A stretch of 57,415 nucleotides of DNA from Prorocentrum cordatum (Eukaryota), in assembly GCA_963575745.1 (NCBI GenBank), contig CAUYUJ010000029.1, positions 62,001 through 119,415 of the forward strand. Reading direction: 5' to 3'. The notes below the pieces were generated by a model. The model saw only the letters and a list, made by a program, of their open reading frames with translations. It did not search any database and was not told the origin of the DNA. The position numbers and the translations under genes are program-made. Below are positions 40,101 to 51,630 of this stretch, piece after piece; the stretch's first letter is position 1; each line of letters starts with the position of its first letter.

Positions 40101-42260
40101 AACGCTGTAGCTCAGCACCTTCCCCAGGAGATCGAGGGCAAGGTACTGCTTGTTGTCGTACTTCCCCGCCGTGCACTCGTCGGCGAAGTAGGCGCGCCCG
40201 TCCATGTGCGCCACGAGCTCCCCACGCCCGGTCACGTCCACGGGCTTGAGGCCCTCCGGGTCAGCCCAGCCGGTCGGGACGAGCTGCACCGAACCGTAGC
40301 CTGGCATGTCGAACTCGCCGGGGCAAGCGACGGCCGCGCGCGCCTTCGGCGCCGCCGCCGTCGACGCCACGGGCCCCGAAGAAGCATTGCTCTGCGAATG
40401 CATGACCCGCGGCGGGGGGACCGCGATGGGGGCCACGGAGAAGTTGTGGAACGTGACCGTCTCACTGCACGCCTTGACGTCGTCCACGGCGCACGGGCCC
40501 TGTCCGTCGGCGCCCTTGCCGTCCATCCACAGCATGTCGTTCGCGCTCCAGTAGCTCACGATGGGCGTCATGCCGGCCTCGAGGGCGCGCGAGAGCTCGG
40601 CCATGCCGTCGTACGAGCCAAGGCGCACGGACACGTTGCACGGCTTGCCCGGCTGGGACAGCGTCACCTCCATGGCCACGAGCGAGCCTTTGTCGTCCAC
40701 GGGGAACGCGGCCTGCACCTGGAAGGGGCGCGCCGTGTCTACGCACCTGGCGCCTGCGCCATACTCTGCGGAGCCCCAGTCCCTCGGGCCCGTCCAGCTG
40801 TCGCCCCCGCCGTAGCCCCCGCCCACCCCGCTCGCGTCGGTCGCGGTGTGGAGCGTGGAGTGCCAGGCCAGCTGGTTGGCCTCCTGGACGTCGATCTCGG
40901 CGCAGGACTCGCCGCAGACGTTGTTGGCGTCACAGTAGTGATCGGAGCACTGCGACGGTGCCGCGTTCTGGCGCATGGAGGTGAGGTAAAACGCCGCGTT
41001 GCAGCCGCAACCCGCTCCTGAGAGGTCAACGCTGTAGCTCAGCACCTTCCCCAGGAGATCGAGGGCAAGGTACTGCTTGTTGTCGTACTTCCCCGCCGTG
41101 CACTCGTCGGCGAAGTAGGCGCGCCCGTCCATGCGCGCCACGAGCTCCCCACGCCCGGTCACGTCCACGGGCTTGAGGCCCTCCGGGTCAGCCCAGCCGG
41201 TCGGGACGAGCTGCACCGACCCGTAGCCTGGCATGTCGAACTCGCCGGGGCAAGCGACGGCCGCGCGCGCCTTCGGCGCCGCCGCCGTCGACGCCACGGG
41301 CCCCGAAGAAGCATTGCTCTGCGAATGCATGACCCGCGGCGGGGGGACCGCGATGGGGGCCACGGAGAAGTTGTGGAACGTGACCGTCTCACTGCACGCC
41401 TTGACGTCGTCCACGGCGCACGGGCCCTGTCCGTCGGCGCCCTTGCCGTCCATCCACAGCATGTCGTTCGCGCTCCAGTAGCTCACGATGGGCGTCATGC
41501 CGGCCTCGAGGGCGCGCGAGAGCTCGGCCATGCCGTCGTACGAGCCAAGGCGCACGGACACGTTGCACGGCTTGCCCTGCTGGGACAGCGTCACCTCCAT
41601 GGCCACGAGCGAGCCTTTGTCGTCCACGGGGAACGCGGCCTCCACCTGGAAGGGGCGCGCCGTGTCTACGCACCTGGCGCCTGCGCCATACTCTGCGGAG
41701 CCCCAGTCCCTCGGGCCCGTCCAGCTGTCGCCCCCGCCGTAGCCCCCGCCCACCCCGCTCGCGTCGGTCGCGGTGTGGAGCGTGGAGTGCCAGGCCAGCT
41801 GGTTGGCCTCCTGGACGTCGATCTCGGCGCAGGACTCGCCGCAGACGTTGTTGGCGTCACAGTAGTGATCGGAGCACTGCGACGGTGCCGCGTTCTGGCG
41901 CATGGAGGTGAGGTAGAACGCCGCGTTGCAGCCGCAACCCGCTCCTGAGAGGTCAACGCTGTAGCTCAGCACCTTCCCCAGGAGATCGAGGGCAAGGTAC
42001 TGCTTGTTGTCGTACTTCCCCGCCGTGCACTCGTCGGCGAAGTAAGCACGAGCATCCATGTGAGCGACCAACGTACCTCCTCTGGCCACGTCCACAGGGA
42101 CAAAATTGCTGCCAACCCATCCAGTGGGAACGAGCTGCACTTTGCCGTAACCAAGCATGTCAAACTCCCCTGGGCACTCGGGACTGGCGCTGTGTCCTCC
42201 AAAAGTGAGGCAGGCGCAACACACGCCCAAAAAGGTCGTGGGCGACAGCTGTGCACGCAT
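37148..42260 (-). CDS. Secreted multi-domain glycoside hydrolase family 7 (cellulase/endoglucanase-like): signal peptide, 5 tandem GH7 domains, Cys-rich CBM1-like module and C-terminal tail; one +1 frameshift at ~39518 (about 1703 aa if repaired)
   Basis: ORFs 39333..42326 and 37148..39538 join if one extra G at 39518-39519 is removed. Each unit has GH7 motifs: DLSGAGCGCNAAFYL (cf. DVSxLPCGLNGALY), YCDAN, catalytic EIDVQEAN (E-x-D-x-x-E), ALEAGMTPIVSYW and MLWMDG. The N-terminus MRAQLSPTTFLGVCCACLTFGGHSA (ATG at 42260) resembles a signal peptide. TAG stop at 37148-37150. No introns needed. Confidence 0.9.
37390..37561 (-). other. Cys-rich CBM1-like (putative carbohydrate-binding) domain of the GH7 protein
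   Basis: CAETYDENCASVQCCKSAGMQCYVKNEWWAACKEAC...WSCAALG follows a Pro/Thr/Gly/Ser linker. The C-x3-N-x-W-W-x-x-C ending parallels CBM1 C-x3-N-x-Y-Y-S-Q-C. Confidence 0.6.
37643..42044 (-). repeat. 927-bp coding tandem repeat (309 aa), about 4.75 near-identical copies
   Basis: Anchor gatgggggccacggagaag at 37643, 38570, 39497, 40425 and 41352 (spacings 927, 927, 928, 927). Identity ends at 42044. Confidence 0.97.
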
Positions 42261-42331
42261 CGTTTCTATCCTGTGCTTGCGCGTGATTAGCACAAGGGCG
42301 AACTGCGTGGAACCAATTGCTGCCAAACTGA

Positions 42332-42355
42332 TCTAAACCAACCGACGGCTACGTA
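42332..42355 (-). promoter_or_regulatory. Possible degenerate relic dinoflagellate spliced leader upstream of the GH7 gene
   Basis: Minus strand TACGTAGCCGTCGGTTGGTTTAGA vs DinoSL DCCGTAGCCATTTTGGCTCAAG: 15/22 with a 2-nt gap, ~70 nt upstream of the ATG. Confidence 0.3.
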
Positions 42356-43059
42356 CGGGGAAGGGGTGAGAAGAGAAGGACGATGGCCTCTGGAGTTCTC
42401 TGGAGGTCCCTGGGCGCTTCCAGAGCTCCCCAGAAGCCGTTGGAGGCCTCCAGGGGCCTCCCCAAACCCAGAATGTGTGCAACGCTGTCAAGGACCCTCC
42501 TCCGCCTCCTCCTTCCCCCCCCAAGGGGCAAGACGCCGAGAAGGTCGATGATGAGGGCGACGAGGAGAAGTAACAATAACACTAAATCCTCAACTGCCTT
42601 AAGTCGTGCCGCGCGCACACGCGCCGACCCAGCCAGAACATGCAGTCTGTCCGGGGTACCGAGCACTTTGCGAACCATCTTCTGCAATGCGTCGGCGGCG
42701 CGACGGCAACATGTCACGCACTCTGGGAAACGAACCAGTTGCATTGGCTGGCTTCGCCTTGACCCGAATCGTTGGCTGGATTCCCCAAGGCGGTTTCGCC
42801 GCGTTGCCGCCGGTGGGCGCCTCGAGGGCGCTCCGCGCGCTGGGTGGGCCCGCCGAAGTTTCGCCACGCTGCCGCCCTTGGGCGCCTGGTGGGCGCACCA
42901 TGCGTACACTGCATGGCGCAAGCCATTGGTTGCACCACGTAGCCTGCGCCTCGTAGGTCGCACCAGACCATGTCGGTATCGTCCCCATCCATCTTTGTCA
43001 ATGATGCCATGCGCACGCAGTCGTTGATCTCAATCCATATCGGTTTTCACACAATCGTC

Positions 43060-44045
43060 GTCCACTGAGCGCGCGCGCACATGCCAAACTCACACCAAAC
43101 ACGTGATTTCCCCGAACGTTGCAGCATGAACAAACAACGGACGCACTTCGGTTTCCCACAACGAATATCGTACACGTCCTGCCCGCGCGCCCCCAATGAA
43201 ATCATACGAGAATCGCTGGTCCAGAACCCACATTCTCATCCCACCACGCGGTGCACCGGCGTTGATCCAGCACGCGCCCAATGCACAAATCCGTATCAGA
43301 TAACACCATGCGGGCCACGCGCTCGCGCCGCTATGCGCGCGTGTCGAGATTCTTGCAACACCAATGGTGTTGGACGGGTTTCAAGTCGTAGCGACCCAGA
43401 GACATATGGACACACACACACCACAATTTGTCAATGCCAGGTTTCTGAAATTTCTGCGCGCGCGCTTCATCACCATCGCCCTCGTCGCCGCCATCGCATC
43501 ACCACCGTCATCGCCATCGTCAATCGCCGCCAGTGCCGCCATCATCATCGTCATCATCTTCATCATCCTCATCAACAACATTATCATCATAATCACCTTC
43601 ATCCCCGACGCGTGGGCATCATCATCGTCGTCATCACCAGCATTGGCGCCCTCATTGGCTTTGCCGTCGTCGTCGTCGTCGCCACCATCGTCACAATCAT
43701 CGCTACTATCATCACCATCATCATTGCCGCCGTTGTCGATGTCATTATGCTACCGCGCCCGCGCGAATCACCGACCCGCACTGGCATGCCCGCGCGCCAC
43801 CGCGGCCTTTGAGACGCACTTGGGGGGGGGGAGGGGGGGCGCCATCGGTAAGCGCCATCGCGGCCGCATCGGCTGTGCCAAACTAGTTGGTCGCCCTGCG
43901 CGAGATCGTTCGCGCGCCGGCGCGGCCGCGCAGATGCGCTAGCAAGTGCCAGTTGGTAACCGCAATCGTGGCCGCATGGCTCTTGCCAGACAAGTTGCGG
44001 GTGGGAGGGTGGAGTGATTGCGCGAGCATTAGAGTTGACGACTCA
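43060..44045 (-). mobile_element. Reverse-oriented copy of the same family (another partial copy at ~50960-51370, +)
   Basis: Reverse-complement blocks such as gtcatcaccagcattggcgcc, ccaaactagttgg and ttgcgcgagca. Confidence 0.65.
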
Positions 44046-44329
44046 TTAGTTGGCGCGAACTGAGCTACGATGCGTATGTTTTAAGGCAGGAACAATGTGT
44101 CTCGATGGCTGCAACTGTCCAACACTTGCAGGAAATGACGGGCCATCACAACCAGACTTCAAACATGTCGGTCTTCAGAGCAATATAACTCCCACCGCGT
44201 TAGAACAGCAGGTGGCGAGCTGGGTGGGCGAGGCGGGGGCCTTTGAACCCCACGACAAAGGACAATCAGAGAACAGGGCAGCAGGAAGGACAGTGGAAAC
44301 TGCTCTGCACCCCTGGTCGACTGGCGACC

Positions 44330-45070
44330 TCGCCAGTACCTCGTTTGCGCAGAGGTAGGACGATGCAGGTCGTCTCGCGAGCGACTGTGCTAGTTATTTG
44401 TAACTCAAGCCAGCAGCACGATGTCGTGAGGACTGCAGCTGCCGTGCGTTCTCATGAGATCAAAGACCCAAGAACTGGACTTCTAACGCACCGCCCTTCA
44501 ATTCAATCGAATCCCCGAGCTGTCGACATGTTATATGGAGCCAGGGGGGGGCCAACGCGCAGCGCAAAAATCGTGAATGGTCACGAACGGCCAGGGCATT
44601 CTTGAAATGAATGGCCAGGAGCTTGCAGAAGAGGGGGCGAAAAAAAGGCTCAGGAGTGTGAACTCGGACTGCGCATTTCAACATGTCAAACAATTCGACG
44701 CGTGGCAGGCCAGTCCTCGACTAACTCAACGAAGGAAGCGCATCAGGGCGTTGCCTGCGTTGACCTTCTGCTGGTCCACCGCCGACGTCTCAGGGCGCCC
44801 CATCGGTGTTGCCGCTCCGAAGGTGACGAAATCCATCGGGGCGATCCCGGTCTCTGGAGAAACTCCAGCAGGGCGTCCTAAACCACGCGGCGACCATCTG
44901 GGAACCCACGGTCCAACCGCGTATCTTCTCCAGGACATGCGAGAAGGTGGCGCCGTGCGCATCGCTGTGCTTGGGGTCGAACTCGATGGTGGGTGCACTG
45001 GTCTGCTGTCTCCAAGCTTGAAGATCATTGCCACTACCCGAAAATATTTCGATGGGGAAGGACTCACAAA
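44330..45070 (-). pseudogene. C5 cytosine DNA methyltransferase (DNMT-like) remnant
   Basis: IEIFSGSG at 45031-45055 (motif I, FxGxG), TPCWSFSR at 44852-44876 (motif IV, catalytic PC), then PMGRPETSAVDQQKVNAGNALMRF and CALAPPW in other frames. Confidence 0.65.
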
Positions 45071-45164
45071 CGAGAAGACTCGGACATGATGCTGCCAATC
45101 TGGTCGGCGCAACGGGCAGCTGCAGGTCGGATGCGGGTTCGAGCAATTGGAACTGCTCGGTGCG

Positions 45165-46020
45165 GCGACCGGCCTTCTGGTACCTTCTCATCGAGTTCGC
45201 CGATGCCCAGTTCCCGCGATGCTGGATCTCGACTAGGGTCCGCCGCCCAGCGCGCGGTCGAGGCTGGCCCCGACGTGGCGGAGCCTGTGGGGCGTGGGCG
45301 GCCCGAGCACCTCCAGCCCTGGCCCCGGCCCCGCTTGCCGATGGGTCCGCGCCCAGGTCTGGTAGCCGAAGCTGAACAGCTTGGCTGCGGACCTGGTCTG
45401 GCACCAGCGCGGCCTGCTGAGCGCGGGCCCGGAGAACGGGTGCTCGTCTAAATCCAAGATGCGGGAGTCGTCCCAGCAAATGGTCTTGGGCGGTCGCCCG
45501 AGCTTTCGGGGGTGCAGGATGAGGGCCCGGCGGCGGTGATTGGGGCGCCCCTCGGGCAGCGGCGGGGTCGGCCAGCGAATGTGAGGACTCAGCGACTCGC
45601 CTGGGCTGAGGTAGAATATCTTGCACGCGACCACTGTAGCGGCTATCTCCCGCTGATTTCGTTAAACCCGGCGATGAGAGATGATGCGCGCCACTTCCCG
45701 GGGCGTCTGAAACCGGGGCTGGCCTAGCGCCTTCGGGCGCCATCTCGCGGCGCCTGCCTGGTCCGCGCCAGCCGACTGCCTCTGTCGCAGCAGCTTGGGG
45801 CGGAGGCAACAGATCGCGCTGGCAAACCGACTGCCCAGGCTGGGGTTGGCGCCCTCGAAATGGCGAGAATCGAAATAATCCAGGACGGCCGTCTCCAGCT
45901 CCCCCTGTGTCTCGGTCGGGAAGTGTTTGGTCGCGAGCCCAGCCGGCGAACAATTCCCAGCTGGCCTGGTGCATGGCTCGAGCCCTCGGCCTGGCGCCCT
46001 CGGCCTGCAGGAAGCTCGGG
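45165..46020 (-). pseudogene. Tyrosine recombinase remnant
   Basis: LETAVLDYFDSRHFEG; FYLSPGE (cf. YLRPGE, catalytic Arg lost); KTICWDDSRILD; HRLRHVGASLD (H-x-x-R box); after a frameshift, IQHRGNWASANSMRRYQKAGR (catalytic Tyr). Confidence 0.8.
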
Positions 46021-46260
46021 CCCTCCGTCGGCTCTGGCGACGCTGCCCAGCGGCTCCGTGCAGACGTCCTTGCAGCAACCGGCCGCGCGCTGCTCCTCCG
46101 CGTGCGTGTCGACGGGGCCGGGGGCGGCGTCGCCCCTGCCGGGGCCCGCGGCTGGGGGGCGCCAGCGCGCGCCGACCTCGCTGCGGGCTTCGCGGTCGCC
46201 CTGCGCGCCAGCGCCTGCCCCCCGCGGGCCGCCGGGCTCGGGCCCGCGACCGATGCGTCG

Positions 46261-47660
46261 CCGCGAGGGGGGGTCCGTTGAGTTGAGCTCGCTCTATGTC
46301 CAGCGCGCCGCGGCAGGACGGCCGGGCGCCGACAGAGCGGCGGCCCATCCCCGCGCCGCTTGCGCGCCAGAGGCCGAGGCCCCCCCATTATGGAAACCAG
46401 GCCAACGTGGCGGGCTTTGAATCGGGCGGGGAGACGCCTCTGACCCCGACACCTGCTCTTGCACAGCTGGCGTCGGAGTCCCCGCAACGAGGATCGGGTC
46501 TCCAAGATTAGCGTGCCTGCTGGACATCTCCAAGGGCGAGAACAGACCGCGATCCAGACCCTGTCCGAGCCTCTCGGGGGCGAGCGGCACCCCTCCCCCA
46601 GCCCCCAGGGATCCATTCCGCTTCGCTGCCCCCGGCGGCGTCCAGCTTGGCGCGCAGCTCGCGAAGTCCTTGGTCGACGCGGGGCTGGGCCCTCCTGTCC
46701 CGCCGGGGGCCTGCTCGCTGGCCGTGGTGATCCCCTCCTGGAAACGCCACCTCTCCGAACATTTCCTGGCCTGGTATACCCCCCTTGCCCCCCTCCGCGA
46801 CGGTGGCCCCGCGCGGCCTGCCCGGCGCGTCAGTCGACGCGGCCGCCGGGCAGGCGCAAACAAACTAGGTGGGAGGCCTACCAGGGTTCTTTTCGCACGC
46901 TGTCCCAGACATGGTACTCGTGCATGCCGATGCTTGGCGATGAAAAGGCATCGGCGGCATTGAAGCATGTCGGCAGCTCGCGCCGCGTCATGCATGCGCG
47001 CCTGCAGTGTTTCACCAGAACCGCCCGGCCTGTCCCAGATATGATTGGGCGCTTCTGGGTATGCTGCGTGGCTGAGCGGGCCCTCCGCGTGCGAAGCTCT
47101 ATTGCACGCGCTACTGGCCGTTTGCTAAAGTGAGATCACCCGGCGGCCTCCCCTTCCAGGGCCAGCTTTTGCGGGGTGAGCGCGCGGCCCGGCGTTGCGC
47201 GGCTCTTATCGGCCGCCCCCGCGGCTGCGGCTTGGGCCCCCCGGGGACTTGCGACAGGTCTGCAAATTTGTAATCTGCATCTTCGGCGTCGCGGGGGCGG
47301 GGCCAGGGAACGGGGGCCGCGGTCTCGGATCCCGGGCTCGGGCCCCGGGCTGGGAAGTCGAAGCGAGATGTCCTCCGGCACTTTCCGGCATGATCTGAAG
47401 GCGCCCCGACGGCACTCCGACCCTGCCGGCGCGCGCTGGGAACCAGCCGACAGAAGGGCGGAACTCGAATGGCGCGGCGAGATGTGGGGGCGCATCCTGG
47501 ATGTCAGTCCGTGCCGACTCGATCGCCAGATCGGCGGCGACAAAACAGCGATCGAACATCTCCAACGGCCAGGCAGGTCTAGGAAGGACCCTTGATCTGA
47601 CAATTCGATCTCCGGGCATCAGTGCTCGAACGTTGCTTGCCGCTTTGTATTTCGGGCGCT
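46261..47660 (-). pseudogene. Reverse transcriptase and RNase H remnant (DIRS type)
   Basis: SGKQRSSTDARRSNC at ~47600-47645 (cf. KxGKxRLIxDARxxN), TDIQDA (RT motif A-like), ERWRF, ILETRSS (RNase H Glu) and RWT*SELNSTDPPSR at 46261-46305 (cf. RWIPSExNPADxPSR). Confidence 0.7.
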
Positions 47661-48449
47661 GAATGGTCCGCGGGTATCCGCCGCGTCGATGGAATGCTCC
47701 ATCATTCCCCCGCCTCGCATCGCGGCCAGGAGACGTTCGCGCTGTCGGGGGCGGCGGAGAAAAACCTAGCGGGGCCCCCTCGAGGCCCGGGGGCTTGCCG
47801 GCCTGACTCGTTGGCGGGGGGGGGGTCTCGCGCCGAACGTTGGGCCGCAGCGCGGCCGTCGCTCGGCAGATGAATGAAATCGACGAGCTTGTCGACGCCG
47901 CTGGGGCCCGGCAAGTCGATTTCCATCGGCGCCGCGGTCGCCGGCGCGCCCGCGTCGCGGTGGTTCGCCCGGGGCTCGCTGGATGCCCCTTGGCAGGAGA
48001 TGTCGGCGGGCGGCTTCCCCCGCCTCTCGACGCGGGTCCGAGCGCGAGCCGTGCCGAGGTCGTGGGCGATGGGCCGGGTGGGGGCGGCGGCGCTGGCATC
48101 CGCGCCGTCGCGCGGGGCGACGCCAGACTCCGCCGGGCCCAACGCGGCGGCGCGCGCTGCCCCGGTCCGCCGCGGGCGTGGCGCCGAAGCCCCAGGCGAA
48201 GAGTGGGGGCGTGCGTCGTTGAGTTTTTTTTTTTGTTTTGATATACATATATAGAAATAAAAGAAATAGTTTTTATTATATATATATACAATTAATATAT
48301 ATATATATATGTATATATAATTATATATAGATGTGTATATATATATAATGATGTAGCCCCCCGCGGAGACGGGCGACCGAGCGGGGGTCGGTCTGCCGCC
48401 GGGGCGAAGGCTCAACCGTGTCCGCGCGAGCGGCGCGCCTCTTTCCGCG

Positions 48450-49700
48450 CCTTTCGCGCGCGCGTTGCCGCGCTTGCATCCTTCTCGGTCTCCTTCGGGG
48501 CACGCTTCGCGAGCTCCGGGCAGATCGTCGTTTCCCCGCCTCGCCGATGCGGCGACCCTGCGAAATGGGCCGCTTAGTCGAGGGGCAAGCCTGGGTTCTG
48601 ATTCGTGCAGGTGGAGGCCTGGCTCTCCTCGTAGTGGTGCTGTATCAGCTGGCAACGGCTGAGCGCGGCCTCGAATCCCGCCAGGTTCGGCGCGCCCACC
48701 TGGCTGTGCTCCCCGAAGTCTCGGAAAGCAAGCGCCCCGTGCTCGTGCTCCTGAACTCCGAAGTCCCAGCGCTGAAGCCGCAGTTGGCCCACCCGCCCGC
48801 GGCGATGGTCGACTGGCCCGCCCCCCCTGGGGCCCGCGAGGCGGGCGCGCCAGTCCACTGTGCGAGGCCCAGGTAGGGGCCAGTCACCGAACTCGACCTG
48901 GCTCGTCTTGGTCACTGCATCTCTCTACATTGGCTGGCGCACGCGTGGCGACATGTAGACCGCTGGTAACGCGCGTGTGTTCAATCCACCGTCCGGTCGT
49001 CGCTGGCGCTCCAGACGCTCGGCGGCGGACTCGCCCTCGAGCAGCTTCTCTACGAGCGCCCATGGACCGCTGGCGAGGAGGACCGCGCCCAGCCGCCCGT
49101 CGCCCGAAACCTTGGCTGAATCTGAAAGCTTCACGCTGTCCACGACCTTGCCACGGTCGCAGGCCACAACCATCGCCCATCGGCCAGGAGGAGGTCTTGG
49201 TGCGTAAGTTGGAGGCGGCAGCGGCGGCTGGGGCGGCGGAGTGGCCGCCGTGCCACCCACTGGCAGGAACCCATCGTCGTTATGATCGGCCAGAGAGGCT
49301 GGACGATCATGAGCAGGTATACAACCTTGGTTTCGATCTTCCTGGTCTCTCATCGCGGCTGCCCTGTCCTCCAGCCGCCGCAGGCGGTCTCCTTGAGGAA
49401 ACCGTCCTGACCGATGCCCCTGGCCCTGCACTTGCCGCGGCCCCACTTCATGCCTCACCTCCCAGAGCACCTCGCGAATGTCGTCGCCGATGGTGAGATC
49501 CTCCACGTGCATGTCCCGACCGGGGGTGAATATCACTTATAGCCGTCAGCCGACGACAGGAGCCGCTTCGATAGTAACCCTTGACGGTCGAGCACAGGGC
49601 CGCTGACTCGATAGCGTACCCACACAGTCTGATACGAATCCATCTCGTCAGCAATGCTGTTCGTCACGAGGATCTGCCGCCGAGGCGTGCCTCGCGAGCC
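48450..49700 (-). pseudogene. ORF1/gag-like remnant of the DIRS-like element
   Basis: Fragments VWVRYRV, IFTPGRDMHVEDL, EFGDWPLPGPRTVDW and PNLAGFEAALSRCQLIQ lie in shifting frames directly upstream of the RT remnant. The motifs were recognised from memory of dinoflagellate YR elements. Confidence 0.5.
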
Positions 49701-50633
49701 GCCAACCGCTGGCCGCGACGGTGCTGGCCACGCAGCCCACCACGAGGCCCACGACCACGCCGAAGATGACGAGTAAGAGTCCGCCCGGCACAAGCAGCCG
49801 CTGCTTTCCGTGTCCGCCCCCATGGGGCACGCTGGGCTCAGCGGGCACGCCAAGCACGGCGCGCGTCGCGGGCGCGCCAGCGCTGGACAAGCCGGCGCCG
49901 GTGGGCGCCGCAGGAGGTAGGACTTCGCCACCAGTCCCACCGCGCGCAGACCTGCCGCCCAAATTGCCCGTGCCATCCGCCGCGGTCACGCGCCTCAAGC
50001 CTTGGAGTCCCCTGGCTCGGCTCGTCGGGGTGCGCATCCATGTGCACATGATGTAGGGCCGCCGTTTCCGCGAGCCTTGGACGAACATCCCGCTGGGCAC
50101 AGTCAGCGCCAGTATCGCCCGCGCCCCGCCGAACGAGAGATCCACCGGCTAGAACCCTAGGCGTGCAAAGGACATGGCGCGGGCCAGCCACCATTGCTTG
50201 AGATGGATCTAATACTTTGAACATTGAATATGAAGATGAAAAGCGAGCTATTACCTATTTGCATCACAAGCCAACTCGAATCATACAGAATCCGAGGAGG
50301 CTGGGATCGACGCATTTCCGATTGGCTTCATATTAAGCAACACGTGAAATATTACTACACATTTCTGCGGGAAGCGAAGGTTGGCGCATTTCCGATTAAA
50401 TTGCTGTTGGGCTGGTCGGATCGGGCAACCATCAAAAACATACCGTCCCTACTGGGGGCCGTAAATGGACCTCCCTGTGGGGCACGATCTGTGCGAGGGG
50501 AAGCTGAGACTGAGACGCGGGCAGCAAGGGCACCAACAGCAGCACAGGCTGGTAGCGTAGCAACAGCAGCTGCAGAAACACCAGCGTCTGGCCGCGGCTG
50601 CATCGACCACGGCAGCAGCATGCACCAGGCAAC

Positions 50634-51525
50634 GCAACAACAACAACAACAACAGCAACACCAGCAACACCAACAACAGCAGCAGCAGCAGCAGCAACAA
50701 CAACAACAACAACAACAACACCAACACCAACACCAACACCAACAACAACAACAACAACAACAATTACTAGCACGTGGGGACACTCCGTTCTCACCAGTGC
50801 CAGGGTTTTCATAGGAGGCGGGCAATACCCCCACTTTGTGGGGGGGCCGGTTCAAGCTCTACCAAATTTCCAAACGACTCTTCGCCACCACCCACACCCA
50901 GCTTCCCGCCCTATGACGTTCGGACACTTCACTTCGTGGCATGCGGACGACCGTGGCTACTATTCAGGGCCCCGCGGCCGACGACGACGGCGTGCGCGCG
51001 CGAAGAAAAAACGAATGTGTCCCGCATGGTATTATTTGACAGGGATGATGGCCCTGGCAGGTGCGCAACCGTTGTTGCAGAAGTTCGAAAAAGTTGCTCG
51101 CAAAAGCCCGTTTGACAGAAATGATTAAAAAGTGTTGGGTTTCCTACGAATCCGCAAGAGCGCGCGGGATGAAATTTTGACATTTTTTTTTGAAAAACCA
51201 TTGGTTTTTTGATGTTTTTATGTTAAAATCGCTACGAAAACTAAGGTTTTGGAAGGATTTCGTCTTGCGCGCGCGAATGTCCACTTTACCTTATTTTTTG
51301 CAAGGGATTCTTGAAGTTTGGTTATGTTAGAACAAGAAATGTCCACTTTAGCTTATTTTTTGCAAGGGAAAACCGATCGTAACAACACAACCGGATCTGG
51401 ATGACATCGTTTTACCTGAGACTTCCTCACGAAAATGATGAAAATGAGGCTGCGGCCTAGGCGCGGCGGGGGGGCCATGCACCAGGGGTCCCAACAATAA
51501 TTATTCTTAAGAAGAAATAATGTTC

Positions 51526-51583
<58 letters not shown>

Positions 51584-51630
51584 CCAACACCACCAACAAC
51601 AACAACAACAACAACAATAACAACAACAAC
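50634..51630. repeat. Two (CAA/CAG)n microsatellites (50634-50763 and 51525-51630)
   Basis: Directly visible. Confidence 0.95.

Larger units (their letters stand above)
44300..50230 (-). mobile_element. Degenerate DIRS-like (tyrosine-recombinase) retrotransposon carrying a C5 cytosine DNA methyltransferase; boundaries approximate
   Basis: Collinear frameshifted motifs on the minus strand: ORF1-like, then RT, RNase H, YR and DNMT (see sub-features). Many stops and frameshifts. Terminal repeats not identified. Confidence 0.75.

Noticed and set aside
37664..41956. Repeated antisense and alternative-frame ORFs over the GH7 array
   Set aside because: Shadow ORFs caused by high GC3 in the real gene.
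44790..46616. 608-aa ORF as an intact gene
   Set aside because: It is a mosaic of in-frame and out-of-frame pieces of RNase H, YR and DNMT; key YR motifs lie in other frames.
50224..50814. Poly-Q protein ORF
   Set aside because: A (CAA/CAG)n microsatellite with no supporting coding features.
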